A stretch of DNA of 64,000 nucleotides, taken from Heptranchias perlo. Taxonomy: Eukaryota. Location: positions 8,122,001-8,186,000 of the forward strand of contig NC_090338.1 of NCBI RefSeq assembly GCF_035084215.1, in the 5' to 3' direction. This document shows, piece after piece, positions 23,061 through 33,972 of this stretch. Below the pieces are notes generated by a model. It had not been told where the DNA came from, did no database searches, and saw only the letters and a list, made by a program, of their open reading frames with translations. A program made the position numbers and the translations under genes. How positions within the stretch are numbered: the stretch's first letter is position 1; each line of letters opens with the position of its first letter.

Positions 23061-25392
23061 CCTTTCCTATTCTTCAGAACAGTTTACAAATATACATCAC
23101 ACCGCACCATGTTTTGATTTTCAACACTTGTGCCTGTGACTCCATTTCTAAATATAAATGTAACTATCCGCTCTTATGACCGTAGTCTTATAGTTTGCGT
23201 TCCATTGACAAACTCAAAGACTTACAGATCCCAGTTCAAGTACAGAACATACGCATCCAGACATTGAACGTCAATGTGACCTTGATAATAATCATTTGAT
23301 CACAACCCAGATGACTTGCTTATCACGTCAGTGTCATCAAATAATATGTCACCTCTGTACGCGACGTTTCAATAGAGATTACACCGCGCTAATGTTTGAA
23401 AGCCATAGTTACTGGCATTGAGCTTCTGTGTGAAGTTGAATAGGCTATCCGATACCACCAAAGAGCTCCCAAATATGTACTGTATTGTACGTGGATGTGT
23501 TGAAATCGTCAGATGAAGGGATTTCATTTGAGCACTAAATATTGCGTTAAGTGAAAATTGTGAATGCGTTTATGAAGAATGGGCTCACAACTAAACGCAC
23601 ATGGGAAATTTTCACCGTTGTTCGTGATCTCAGTAAAAAATACCAAAGAGGCATCTTCAAAAGCCTACTGTTGATATTTTTAACATTGATTTAACAATAA
23701 ATAAAAAACGTCTTGAACATATAAAGATTGAAAAAGGACAATCATTTCAGGAGTAATTTTGCAACCGCGAATAGAAGGTTGCATTTCTTTATGTAAATTT
23801 TCAATTTAAACTCTCGGCAAAGCTGAAGGGTTGACATGTTGTGAACAGTGGAGGATGCAGTCTTAGCCTGAAGCTTGATCTGTGAACAGAAGAGCGAATA
23901 GCACTGAATTTACGCTTTGGCAATTGGACGCAAACTGCGCCCGAAAATTGGGCTGGCTGGGTTAACATAAATGTATTAACATAATCACAATTATAAAATG
24001 TTCCAAGAATCAGTGCAATCCGGCAGTTTAACAGAGCGCAATCGTTCAAAATTTTTTGCAATAAAAATATTAATCTCTGCATTTAAGATGTGTCTAAGAG
24101 TGGTAACCATGAGAATTTTATGAATATTAATATGTAAAACTTTTCAAACGTGCCTACTATTGTGCCTGCGCATCAGAAACCCTTCAAAAAGTTTTCATAA
24201 TTCTGCTTGACTTCTCTTTCAGAACATCATTTACAGCCTCTACTATTTTTGAAGGGCGCAGCACAGAGAGTGGAACAATCTGCGCTGCAGTTTCCGCCTC
24301 GATGACTCGGAACATCTAAATGAATCAACGCACATTCTGGTCTCTATAGCTGAGAATCAGATTTTTGTCACAGCAATATACACAATTCTTCGTCACACTT
24401 TCAGTCACTAAATCATTGCACTCATGGTAATTATCGCAAAGAGAAGACGAGGTGTATGGACACCTTCAGCAGTCAATTGCGCTGATATAGGTTGAAATGT
24501 AACTAACAAATGACACTATTTTTTCGTGTTGGAAATAACGAAAATACACATGGAGCCAAAATAGCTCCCCAGCTCGAAGTTTCGGATTCAGTCTCTCCTA
24601 CAAGATTGAGGATCGGACGACTATAAAGTTCTTAGCCTGATCATAAACCAGTCAAGTCAACTTGCTAAAGACGCACGATGCTAACCTGTTATTGTCTGAC
24701 TGGAAGAAAGTCATTCTGCCAGTGGAACAATCATGCTATCCAGTTATGTGATGTTTTCGTCGACTGAAAACACTGTTTTTTATATTTTGCATTACTGCAC
24801 TTGTTCCGAAGGAAACGTACAACCACATTTTGCTGAAAATTAACGTCGTGAAAAATTATTGTGAGGAAAATGGACCTGTAATGCATAACCTTAATTAAAA
24901 TAAACACACATTCTTCGAAAACTCCAATGTTAGCTGGAAGTATCATCGCAAAACTTATATTGAACGCATCTATTATACAAATGCACTCATTTCATACAAA
25001 TATTGACAAATTTATTCAGACCTTGCAAGTTGCTGCTGCAGTGTTAGTAATTTCGCAGATCTATGATTAGGATGTTACGACAGGTAATGTATAAGTTGCG
25101 TCAGGTAAATCGTAAGTGCTAGTGAGTAATAATAGACAGTCTGTGACTGTCAGGATGGCAATATGGCGATAAGCCATCAGCGACTATTGGTGACGTGGAA
25201 GATGACGCCAGGAACCGCAGAATTCCGACTGCATATAGTACGTTAAATCGACTTTAAGAATAACACGACAAAATAAAATAACATTTTCATGCGTGCTCGT
25301 CAGGATAATTTTAATTGTACACTCGTAAATATAACTTTCGGTACATTATGAAGAATTTCGAAACAGTTGATCTTCAAGAATAGTTGTTGGAG

Positions 25393-25431
25393 GTACTGGT
25401 TGAGGTTCTTCGTGTCACTGTCCACCAATGA
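25393..25431 (+). promoter_or_regulatory. Degenerate cPcdh CSE of stub A2 (CGCT>CACT at 25416-25419)
   Basis: GTACTGGTTGAGGTTCTTCGTGTCACTGTCCACCAATGA aligns to the intact CSEs. Confidence 0.75.
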
Positions 25432-25677
25432 GGAGATGAGACGCTGCAAGAGATCGAACCCTTCCTCCGCCAGGGAAACACAGAACAGAATCGAAGAAGC
25501 AGACCATGCCTGGTTTTATGCTGTGTGACAGTGTTCAGAAAAGCTGAGTCTTTGCATTTCTCGGTTCAATATTAATACGTTGATATATATTCGAAAAATT
25601 GTTGTGGCATAAGAAATGAGTTAATATAATCGATTGGCAAATATTTCAATATTTGCAACAAATCCAAGCCCAGAACT

Positions 25678-25873
25678 ATGGCGAATAAATTTAGCAGCAG
25701 GGCGTCATTTATTTTCCTGCTTTCTGTGTCGGAGCTGGTTTCGGGACAGAGTCGCTTCTCGATTCCCGAGGAACTGGATCATGGAACCTTTTTTTGGGTA
25801 TATCACCGAAGATTTAGTACTAAATGTTTGGGAATTATTGACTGGTCTCCGATAACAGGCGACAATACATGGA
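25678..25873 (+). pseudogene. Protocadherin 5' stub A2 (signal peptide + start of EC1 only)
   Basis: MANKFSSRASFIFLLSVSELVSGQSRFSIPEELDHG, then a frameshift and a 14-bp deletion. Pcdh similarity stops at CAATACATGGA and jumps into the intergenic module homologous to ~765-1200. Confidence 0.92.
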
Positions 25874-26367
25874 TGTGTAAGAGAGAGTTAGACACAGAGA
25901 TACATGTCCAGAAGCAATCATCAAACAGAAAATTCAGAATGTAGAGAGGTCCCTGAGAATGTTACAAGGTAATGCTGCTAGCATGGCGAATTATCCGCCC
26001 CCGCAACTCCCCGTGCCCATGCATACCATGACCTTGCCTCCTTCACTTCTGACAGATACAGGAAACCACCACCGAGAAAAACCTCATGTTCTACCCATTG
26101 TTGTATACATATCTGCAACACACTCCATCTGACTGCAGTTGCACAACCGTGGCCCGAGATAGAGCGACATAAGCTGCAGAAGTTTTGGATCTTCATAACT
26201 ATGGCTACAATATTATTAATTCACTCTGAGGGAAGATTGATTTGCCCTGACTTTGCCTGGGCAAATCAATTGGATATCCACTACTAAATTAAAATAATTG
26301 AGCAACCAAGCTCTTAAGAACGATAATCCGGGACAACATTAATAGTCACTTGGACAAGTGTGGATTG

Positions 26368-26417
26368 ATGACATTTTCAACATTGATTTACGAGAAAAAA
26401 ATTAATATATCTTGAAC
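26368..26417 (+). repeat. ~50-bp direct repeat flanking the junction LINE (partner 28117-28166; unit-2 pair 44726-44775 and ~46531-46577)
   Basis: ATGA(C/T)ATTTTCAAC(A/G)TTGATTT..AAAAAATTAATATATCTTGAAC occurs on both sides of the LINE. Confidence 0.85.
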
Positions 26418-26424
26418 ATAAAAG

Positions 26425-28116
26425 GATGGCGGAGTCCAGCAGGTGAGTGCAAAAGACAAGGCTGAAGCGTTTGCATCATCTTCAGCCAGAAGCCAGTCTT
26501 CACGCAATTCGATTCACTCCACGTGATATTAAGAAACGACTGAGTGCAGTGGATACAGCAAAGACTATGGGCCCCGACAACAACTCAGCTGTAGTGCTGA
26601 AGGGTTGTGCTCCAGAACTAGCTGCGCCTCTAGCCAAGCTGTTCCAGTACAGCTACAACACTGGCATCTACCCGACAATGTGGAAAATTGCGCAGGTATG
26701 TCCTGTCCACAAAAAGCAGGACAAATCCAATCCGACCAATTACCACCCCATCAGTTCGCTCTCGATCATCAGAAAAGTGATGGAAGGTGTCATCGACAGT
26801 GTAATCAAGCGGCGCTTACTCACCAATAACATGCTCACCGATGCTCAGTTTGGGTTCCGTCAGGACCACCCGGCTCCAGACCTCATTACAGCCTTGGTCC
26901 AAACATGGACAAAAGAGCTGAATTCCAGAGGCGAGGTTAGAGTAACTGCCCTTGACATCAAGGCAGCATTTGACCGAGTGTGGCACCAAGGAGCCCGAGT
27001 AAAATTGAAGTCAATGGGAATCAGGGGGAAAACCCTCCAGTGGCTGGAGTCATACCTCGCACAAAGGAAGATGGTAGTGGTTGTTGTTGCCCAATCATCT
27101 CAGCCCCAGGACATGCATGCAGGAGTTCCTTAGGGCAGTGTCCTATGCCCAACCATCTTCAGCTGCTTCATCAATGACATACCCTCCATCCTAAGGTCAG
27201 AAATGGGGATGTTCGCTGATGACTGCGCAGTGTTCAGTTCCATTTGCAACCCCTCAAATAATGAAGCAGTCTGAGTCCGCATGCAGCAAGACCTGGACAG
27301 CATCGAGCCTTGGGCTGATAAGTGACAAGTAACATTCGTGCCAGACAAGTGCCAACCAATGACCATCTCCATCAAGAGAGAGTCTAACCACCTCCAATTG
27401 ACATTCAACGGCATTACCATCGCCGAATCCCCCACCATCAACATCCTGGGTGTCACCATTGACCAGAAACTTAACTGGACCAGCCATATAAATACTGTGG
27501 CTACAAGAGCAGGCCAGAGGCTGGGTATTCTGCGGCGAGTGACGCAATCCCTGACTCCTCAAAGCTTTTGCACCATCTACAAAGCACAAGTCAGGAGTAT
27601 GATGTAATTCTCTCCAATTGTCTGGATGAGTGCAGCTCCAACAACACTCAAGAAGCTTGACACCATCCAGGACAAAGTAGCCCGCTTGATTGGCACCCCA
27701 TCCAGCACCCTAAACATTCACTCCCTTCAGCACCGGCGCACTGTGGCTGCAGTGTGTACCATCCACAGGATGCATTGCAGCAACTCGACAAGGCTTCTTT
27801 GACAGAACCTCCCAAACCCGCGACCGCTACCACATAAAAGGACAAGAGCAGCAGGTACATGGGAACAATACCACCTGCACGTTCCCCTCCAAGTCACACA
27901 CCATCCCGACTTGGAAATATATCGCCGTTCCGTCATCGTCGCTGGGTCAAAATCCTGGAACTCCCTTCCTAACAGCACTGTCGGAGAACCTTCACCACAC
28001 GGACTGCAACGGTTCAAGAAGGTGGCTCACCACTACCTTCTCAAGGGCAATTAGGAATGGGCAATAAATGCCTGCCTCGCCGGCGACGCCCACATCCCAT
28101 GAACGAATAAAATAAA
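26425..28116 (+). mobile_element. 5'-truncated LINE family B at the unit 1/2 junction
   Basis: ORF 26447-27133 reads MGPDN..LAAPLAKLFQYSYNTG..WKIAQVCPVHKK..ALDIKAAFDRVWHQG. Downstream stops are present, and the 3' end is the same as other family B copies. Confidence 0.9.
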
Positions 28117-28848
28117 ATGATATTTTCAACGTTGATTTCGGGGCAAAAAATTAATATATCTTGAACCGCTGCAGCCCCCCACACCCACCAGTGCTTCCAA
28201 ACTCCAGCAGCCCCATTGCAGCGCCGTCAAGTGCCCAGCGCTCCCAAATCCCTGTGCGACGAAAGCCAAGGGCAGCGCCCGTTGTCTCAAAAGCACTGGT
28301 CGTCTCGAAGTGCAACTTAACCTCATTCTCCCACCTCTATACTGCTAAGTACAAGGTAGATAAAGTGCAGGCAAAAAAAAATGGGCGGTAGAATTTTGGC
28401 CGTCTATTATTCTACCGCCAGATTTTGCTTTCCAGTGACTTCATTTGGTATCGAGTTTCAGAAATCTGTCTATTAGATATATAAGGATCGCCCCCCTCAG
28501 ACCCTTATTGACACATAAATATATATACAGTTTTCTCAGAATAATTGGCAGAGTTCTAGAATTCATTCCCCAAAGCAGCAGTAAAAATCTGAGAATACAT
28601 TAAAAAAATGGAATTTGCCTTATTTGGTCAGTGACCCCGATATTAATTCCTCGATGCCATAAACGGCCCCTATTAACAAACTTTTAGAACATCCTCTACG
28701 GCCTCTCGTATCATTGGAGGGCTGAGCATGGCGAGTGGTGCAGTTTACTCTGCAGTTTCATTCACGATCATTCACTATAATTCTGAATGATAGGATAGTC
28801 TACCTAATTAGTAGTCCCTATGGCTCAGAATCAGATTTTTGCCTCAAC

Positions 28849-29538
28849 TATACCAGTACTGAAGGACTTCAGTTATGTGGAGCGACTAGAGAAGCTGGGA
28901 TTGTTCTCCTTCGAGCACCGAAGGTTAAGGGGAGATTTGATAGAGGTGTTCAAAATTATGAGGCGTTTTGATAAAGTAAGCAAGGGGAAGCTGTTTCCAC
29001 TGGCAGGAGGGACAGTAACAGGGTGACACCGATTTAAGACTATGGCTAAAGAACCGAGTAGAGATGAGGAGATTTGCTTAGGCAGCGAGTTGTTATGATC
29101 TGGAATGCACTGCCCGGAAAGGGCGGTGGAAGCAGATTCAATAGTAACTTTCAAAAAGGAATTGGATATCTCTGTTCAAAACTTTGAGGGATTTTGATGA
29201 AGTAAATAACGGGAAACAGTTTCCACTGGCAGAAGGGTCGGTAACCAGAGGACACAGATTTCAGACAATGGCTAAAGAACCAGGTGGAGATGAGGAAATT
29301 TGTTCAGGCAGCGAGTTGTTATGATCTGAAATGCACGGCCCGAAAGTGTGGTGGCAGTAGATCCAACAGTAACTTTCAAAAAGGAATTGGATAAATACTT
29401 GAAAAGGAAAAAAAAAACCTTGCTGGTCTATGAGGAAAGAGTGGGGGAGTGTAATTTATTGTTCGTTCTTTCAAAGTACGGACTCAAGAATGAAAGGCTG
29501 AATGGCCTCCTTCTGTGCTGTATGAACCTCTGATTCTA
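28849..29538 (+). mobile_element. CR1 3' fragment with internal duplication (copy of 10678-11363)
   Basis: IPVLKDFSYVERLEKLGLFSFEHRRLRGDLIEVFKIM. Confidence 0.85.
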
Positions 29539-30578
29539 TAACGATACAGAAAATTCATGGTAATCATCGCATAAAAATCAGGTTGTGAGTGCATCTGCAG
29601 CAGTCAATTGCGCTGTTATAGGTTCAAATATAAGTAACAAGCTTCAGTGTTTCATGAAGTTGGTGGCAATTGAGCGACGCTTTGTTTTGGGTCTTGGAAA
29701 TAATGAAAATCCAGTTGGAGCTAAAATAGCTCCCTGGCTCTAATTTTCGGAATCAGCCTTCTAAAAGATGTAGGAACGGAGTATTAAGAACTTCTCCGCC
29801 CGGACATAAAAAAATCATCCCTGTTCACTTGCTAAAGACGCACCATGTCTAAATTTAATGCAGAATACGATACTGACCTGTGATTATCTGACCTGAAGAT
29901 TACTATACTGCCAATGGAACCAACATACTTCCTAGTTATGTGACATTGCCCATTTACTGAAAACATGCCTTTTTTATTTTACATTAACTGCATTTGTTCA
30001 GAATGAAATATACAATCATATTTTGCGAATGTTTAATTTCATGCAAAACTAATTTTGAAGAAACGGAACATATTAATCATGAAGTTAATTCAAATAAAAA
30101 AGACTATTCGAAAACTTCAATATGAGCTAAAATCATCGTCTCAAAATATATATTGGAAGGCTTTTTAAAATAAATACTCTAAGTCCTCACAAGTATTACT
30201 AAATTTATTCAGACCTTGGACGGCGCTACCCTACATCAGGAAGTTTTCTCCCATGTGTCAGGATGCTCCTAATGCTCAGCGATGGATAACATTAGGTAAA
30301 CTACAGGGAATACTGAGTAATAATATATCGGACGATATATGTACGGCTATCAGTATCACAAATTATCAGCGACTATTGATGATGTGGAAGGTGTTATTGC
30401 GAGGAATCTGAGCATTTCTGCTGCTACAGTATATTATACCGATTTTAGAAATAAGACAGCAAAATAAACTAAAATATTCCATGAGCTTTTGAGGGGATTT
30501 TAATAGCTCCTAAACATTCCGTTTCTTTACATTACAAATAATTTCGAAACAGTATAGCTTTAAGAACAGTTGCTGTAG

Positions 30579-30617
30579 TTATTGGTTGAGGCTGTTCGTG
30601 TCGCTGTCTACCAATAA
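30579..30617 (+). promoter_or_regulatory. cPcdh promoter CSE (CGCT 30602-30605) of B2
   Basis: TTATTGGTTGAGGCTGTTCGTGTCGCTGTCTACCAATAA, intact. Confidence 0.82.
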
Positions 30618-30872
30618 GGAGCTGAGATGCTGCAAGAGATCTCGCCCCTCCTCTTCAGGGAAACACAGAACCGAAGCGATGAGACAGACGGTGCCTGCGT
30701 TTCTGCTGTGCGGACATGTTTAGAAGAGCAGCCCAGGTTGAGTGTTTGCCTTTCTCGCTTCAAAATCAGTATTTAAATATATATTCGACTAATTGTTGTT
30801 GGTTAAGACACAAGTTAATGTAAACTATTGGAAAATATTGTGACATTTTACCAGAAAATCAAGCCCAGAACA

Positions 30873-32924
30873 ATGGCGAATACAATCAGCAGCGTGGCGT
30901 TTTTTATTTTCCTGCTTTGTGCATCGGACTTTGTTACGGGACAAATTCGCTACTCGATTCCCGAGGAGATGAAGAATGGGGCATTTGTTGGGCATATCGC
31001 CGAGGATTTAAAACTAAACATTTGGGAATTATTGACTCGCAAGCTTCGGCTGGCCTCTAATGACAGGAAGCAATACATGGAGGTAAATGTGGAGAATGGG
31101 ATTTTATTTGTTAATGAAAGAATCGACAGAGAACAGATTTGTGGACAAAGCTCAACCTGCTCCCTTTCTTTTAAAATAATGCTCAATAATCCTTTGGAAA
31201 TACATCCTGTTGCAGTGGAGATACTAGATATAAATGATAATTCACCCAGATTCCCGAAAAATGAATTCTCCCTGCAGATTAATGAATTAATTGCGCCAGG
31301 AGCGCGCTTTCCTCTCGAGAACGCGTACGATCCGGACGTGGGCACAAACACAGTCAGCAATTACCAGATCAGTCCAAACGAGCACTTCGGCCTCAAAGTA
31401 CAGACAAGAAGCGACGGGAGTAAAAGTGCGGAGCTGTTATTAGAGAAGTCCTTGGACCGCGAACAACAGCCAACCTTTCATCTTGTATTGACCGCCATTG
31501 ACGATGGGATTCCTCAGAGATCAGGCACAACTCGGATTATCATTACAGTTGTGGACGTCAATGATAACGCGCCATTATTCGATCATGAAATCTACAGGGC
31601 GAGTTTTGCAGAAAACGCCCCCAAAGGTACATTGGTGATAAAAATTAATGCAGCTGATCTGGATGAACGTATCAATGCTGAGCTGACGTATTCTTTCACA
31701 AGTCATGTCTCCCAAGCGATTCGCGAGTTGTTCAAATTGCACCCGGCAACTGGAGAGATCAGAGTTGAAGGTGTACTGGATTTTGAGGAATCAAGTGTTT
31801 ATGAACTTGATGTACAAGCTGTGGACAATGGTCCTGTCGTCATGACAGGTCACGCCAAAGTTGTAGTCGGATTAATTGACACGAATGATAACGCCCCGGA
31901 GTTAGACGTGACAGTGGTGGCCCGCGCGGTGCGGGAAGATGCTCCCCCAGGGACTGTGCTAGCTCTGATCAGTATAACGGATCCAGATTCCGGCGAATAT
32001 GGACATGTACAGTGTCAGATTCCAGTGAATATTCCGTTTAAGCTTGAAAATCCTTTAAGAAATAATTATAAGTTGGTTACCAATGATATTCTGGATCGAG
32101 AAACGGCCCCACTGTACAACATCTCCATTTCAGCTTGGGACGGGGGGTCTCCTCCTCTTTTAACAAGTAAAACCATCTCGGTTTCGATAACTGATATAAA
32201 TGACAATGCGCCGAGGTTTACGCAATCCTCATATAATGTGTATCTGATGGAGAACAATACTCCAGGTGCTTCTATATTTGCTGTTACTGCTTTAGATTAC
32301 GATTTGGATCAGAATGGGGAAGTCTCCTATTCCATTCTGGAGAATCAGATTCTAGATGCATCTGCGTCTGCTTACGTCACTATTAACTCAAGAAATGGGA
32401 CCATTTACGCGCTGCGCTCCTTTGACTCTGAGCAACTGAAACATTTCCAGATCAAAGTTCAAGCTCAAGATGATGTATCTCCCCCACTGAGCAGCATGGC
32501 CATCGTGAATGTTATTATCTTGGACCAGAATGACAATGCTCCAGTTATTGTTTCACCGTTAACCTGGAACAGTTCAGCGTCAGTGGAGATTGCCCCGCAA
32601 TCAGTATTTCCAGGATACTTGGTCACCAAGGTAACCGCGGCTGATGCCGATTCCGGTCAGAACTCACGGCTTTCTTATCAACTGTTGGAGGCCACTGATC
32701 CCAGTCTGTTCACTGTGGGGCTTCACTCTGGGGAAGTCAGAGCAACTCGAAGTGTAATGGACAAAGACATCATCACAGAAAGACTTGTGATCTGTGTGAA
32801 GGACAATGGACAGCCCAGTCTCTCCAGTACGGCGACAATTTCATTTTCAATCTCGTCCAATGTTACTGGAAAATCTTCTGAACGAACGGACACACCCAGA
32901 CTCTCGGAGTACTTTTCGCCTTAA
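30873..32924 (+). CDS. Clustered protocadherin B2, 683 aa, truncated just before the TM segment (possible secreted ectodomain or recent pseudogene)
   Basis: Intact signal peptide and EC1-EC6. Reads CCT TAA AAT at 32919-32927 where B1/B3 have CCT CTA AAT. TM and tail codons continue in the same frame to the normal TAA at 33264-33266. Confidence 0.85.
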   Translation: MANTISSVAFFIFLLCASDFVTGQIRYSIPEEMKNGAFVGHIAEDLKLNIWELLTRKLRLASNDRKQYMEVNVENGILFVNERIDREQICGQSSTCSLSFKIMLNNPLEIHPVAVEILDINDNSPRFPKNEFSLQINELIAPGARFPLENAYDPDVGTNTVSNYQISPNEHFGLKVQTRSDGSKSAELLLEKSLDREQQPTFHLVLTAIDDGIPQRSGTTRIIITVVDVNDNAPLFDHEIYRASFAENAPKGTLVIKINAADLDERINAELTYSFTSHVSQAIRELFKLHPATGEIRVEGVLDFEESSVYELDVQAVDNGPVVMTGHAKVVVGLIDTNDNAPELDVTVVARAVREDAPPGTVLALISITDPDSGEYGHVQCQIPVNIPFKLENPLRNNYKLVTNDILDRETAPLYNISISAWDGGSPPLLTSKTISVSITDINDNAPRFTQSSYNVYLMENNTPGASIFAVTALDYDLDQNGEVSYSILENQILDASASAYVTINSRNGTIYALRSFDSEQLKHFQIKVQAQDDVSPPLSSMAIVNVIILDQNDNAPVIVSPLTWNSSASVEIAPQSVFPGYLVTKVTAADADSGQNSRLSYQLLEATDPSLFTVGLHSGEVRATRSVMDKDIITERLVICVKDNGQPSLSSTATISFSISSNVTGKSSERTDTPRLSEYFSP

Positions 32925-33972
32925 AATCGTTATTTAGTCATTATTTTAGGATCAACTTCCTTTTTGTTTCTTGTAACCATCATTTTTCTAGTCGTCGTGA
33001 AAATTAAACAAGACGGAAATATTGCTGAAGACTACAGCTCTTCTATTTGTTGTTCCATACGGAGCAATTCGAATGATGCTTTTAATCGGAGACCTGCAGT
33101 AAACGAACCAGTAAATTATACCGGGCCTGTTCAGACTGAAGGTTATCGTTATGCCGTGTGTTTATCTCCAGAATCATCCAAAAGTGATTTTCTATTTCTA
33201 AAACCTTGTCATCCTACCTTGCCTTTCAATGACTTGGGTGTCCGGGACACCAACACAAGAAAATAATTTATAAGCAATTTCCATGCTGGCAATCGCAGAT
33301 ATTTCACTTTAGTGAGGAGCTATCTGTTATGCAGTGAATTAATGTGTAAGTTTTATGTACATGCAAAATCCTCACGTTGGTAGTTGAAGTTCCAATAGGC
33401 CAAATTGCTTGCTGCTTTTCCTATAATCCTACTTGTCCGTAGTGCTGAATAAACCTGCCATTTTTGTGACATTCCTGAGTAGTGTATACTGCATTAACGT
33501 TCGCATGAAAGCTGACTTTGACTTGATTCACTTTCTGTTTCAATGAATGTGTCACTCTGTCATTCGTCTTTTCGCTGCTGTTGTCATGTTGGATCGCATG
33601 TATATTAAACTGGTTAGTATCACAAGGCATAATTTCAGGGCCTGGGATGCATTCACCAGTGACTGTAACGTTTCATAGAACAAAGTCTTTCTTTCTAATG
33701 CCACGCTGAATTAAAATCTTTGTTTTCATCAGTGCATGCAGTGTTAACGTTGATGCGTTTCAGTAAATACCTCTATCTCAAATGTTAATATTTTGCAAAA
33801 ATAAATTATATAGCAATTCAGTTGAAGATGTCAAAGATAAATAATTTCTTAGCTTTGCTGCAGACTTGATATAAAACTCTGATTTGTTGGGTATGGAATC
33901 TGTTCATTTCATATTGTGTTGGGTACCCGGAGCGCGCAAAATTTAAGTATAGGTGTGCTCAGTTCCTACTAT

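Larger units (their letters stand above)
10011..28174 (+). repeat. Tandem segmental unit 1 (18,164 bp): B gene + nested LINEs + A promoter/stub + junction LINE
   Basis: CCCCCCACACCCACCA anchor recurs at 10011, 28175 and 46586. Gene ATGs are at 12707, 30873 and 49281, and all intervening elements are colinear. Confidence 0.95.

Noticed and set aside
23905-24185. ~290-bp segment present in units 1-3 but not upstream of A1, possibly a MITE remnant
   Set aside because: No terminal inverted repeats or TSD could be identified by eye, so it is left unclassified.
25678-25944. 88-aa signal-peptide ORF from stub A2 as a secreted micropeptide
   Set aside because: The frame is not conserved in stub A3, which frameshifts within the signal peptide, and the promoter core is mutated.
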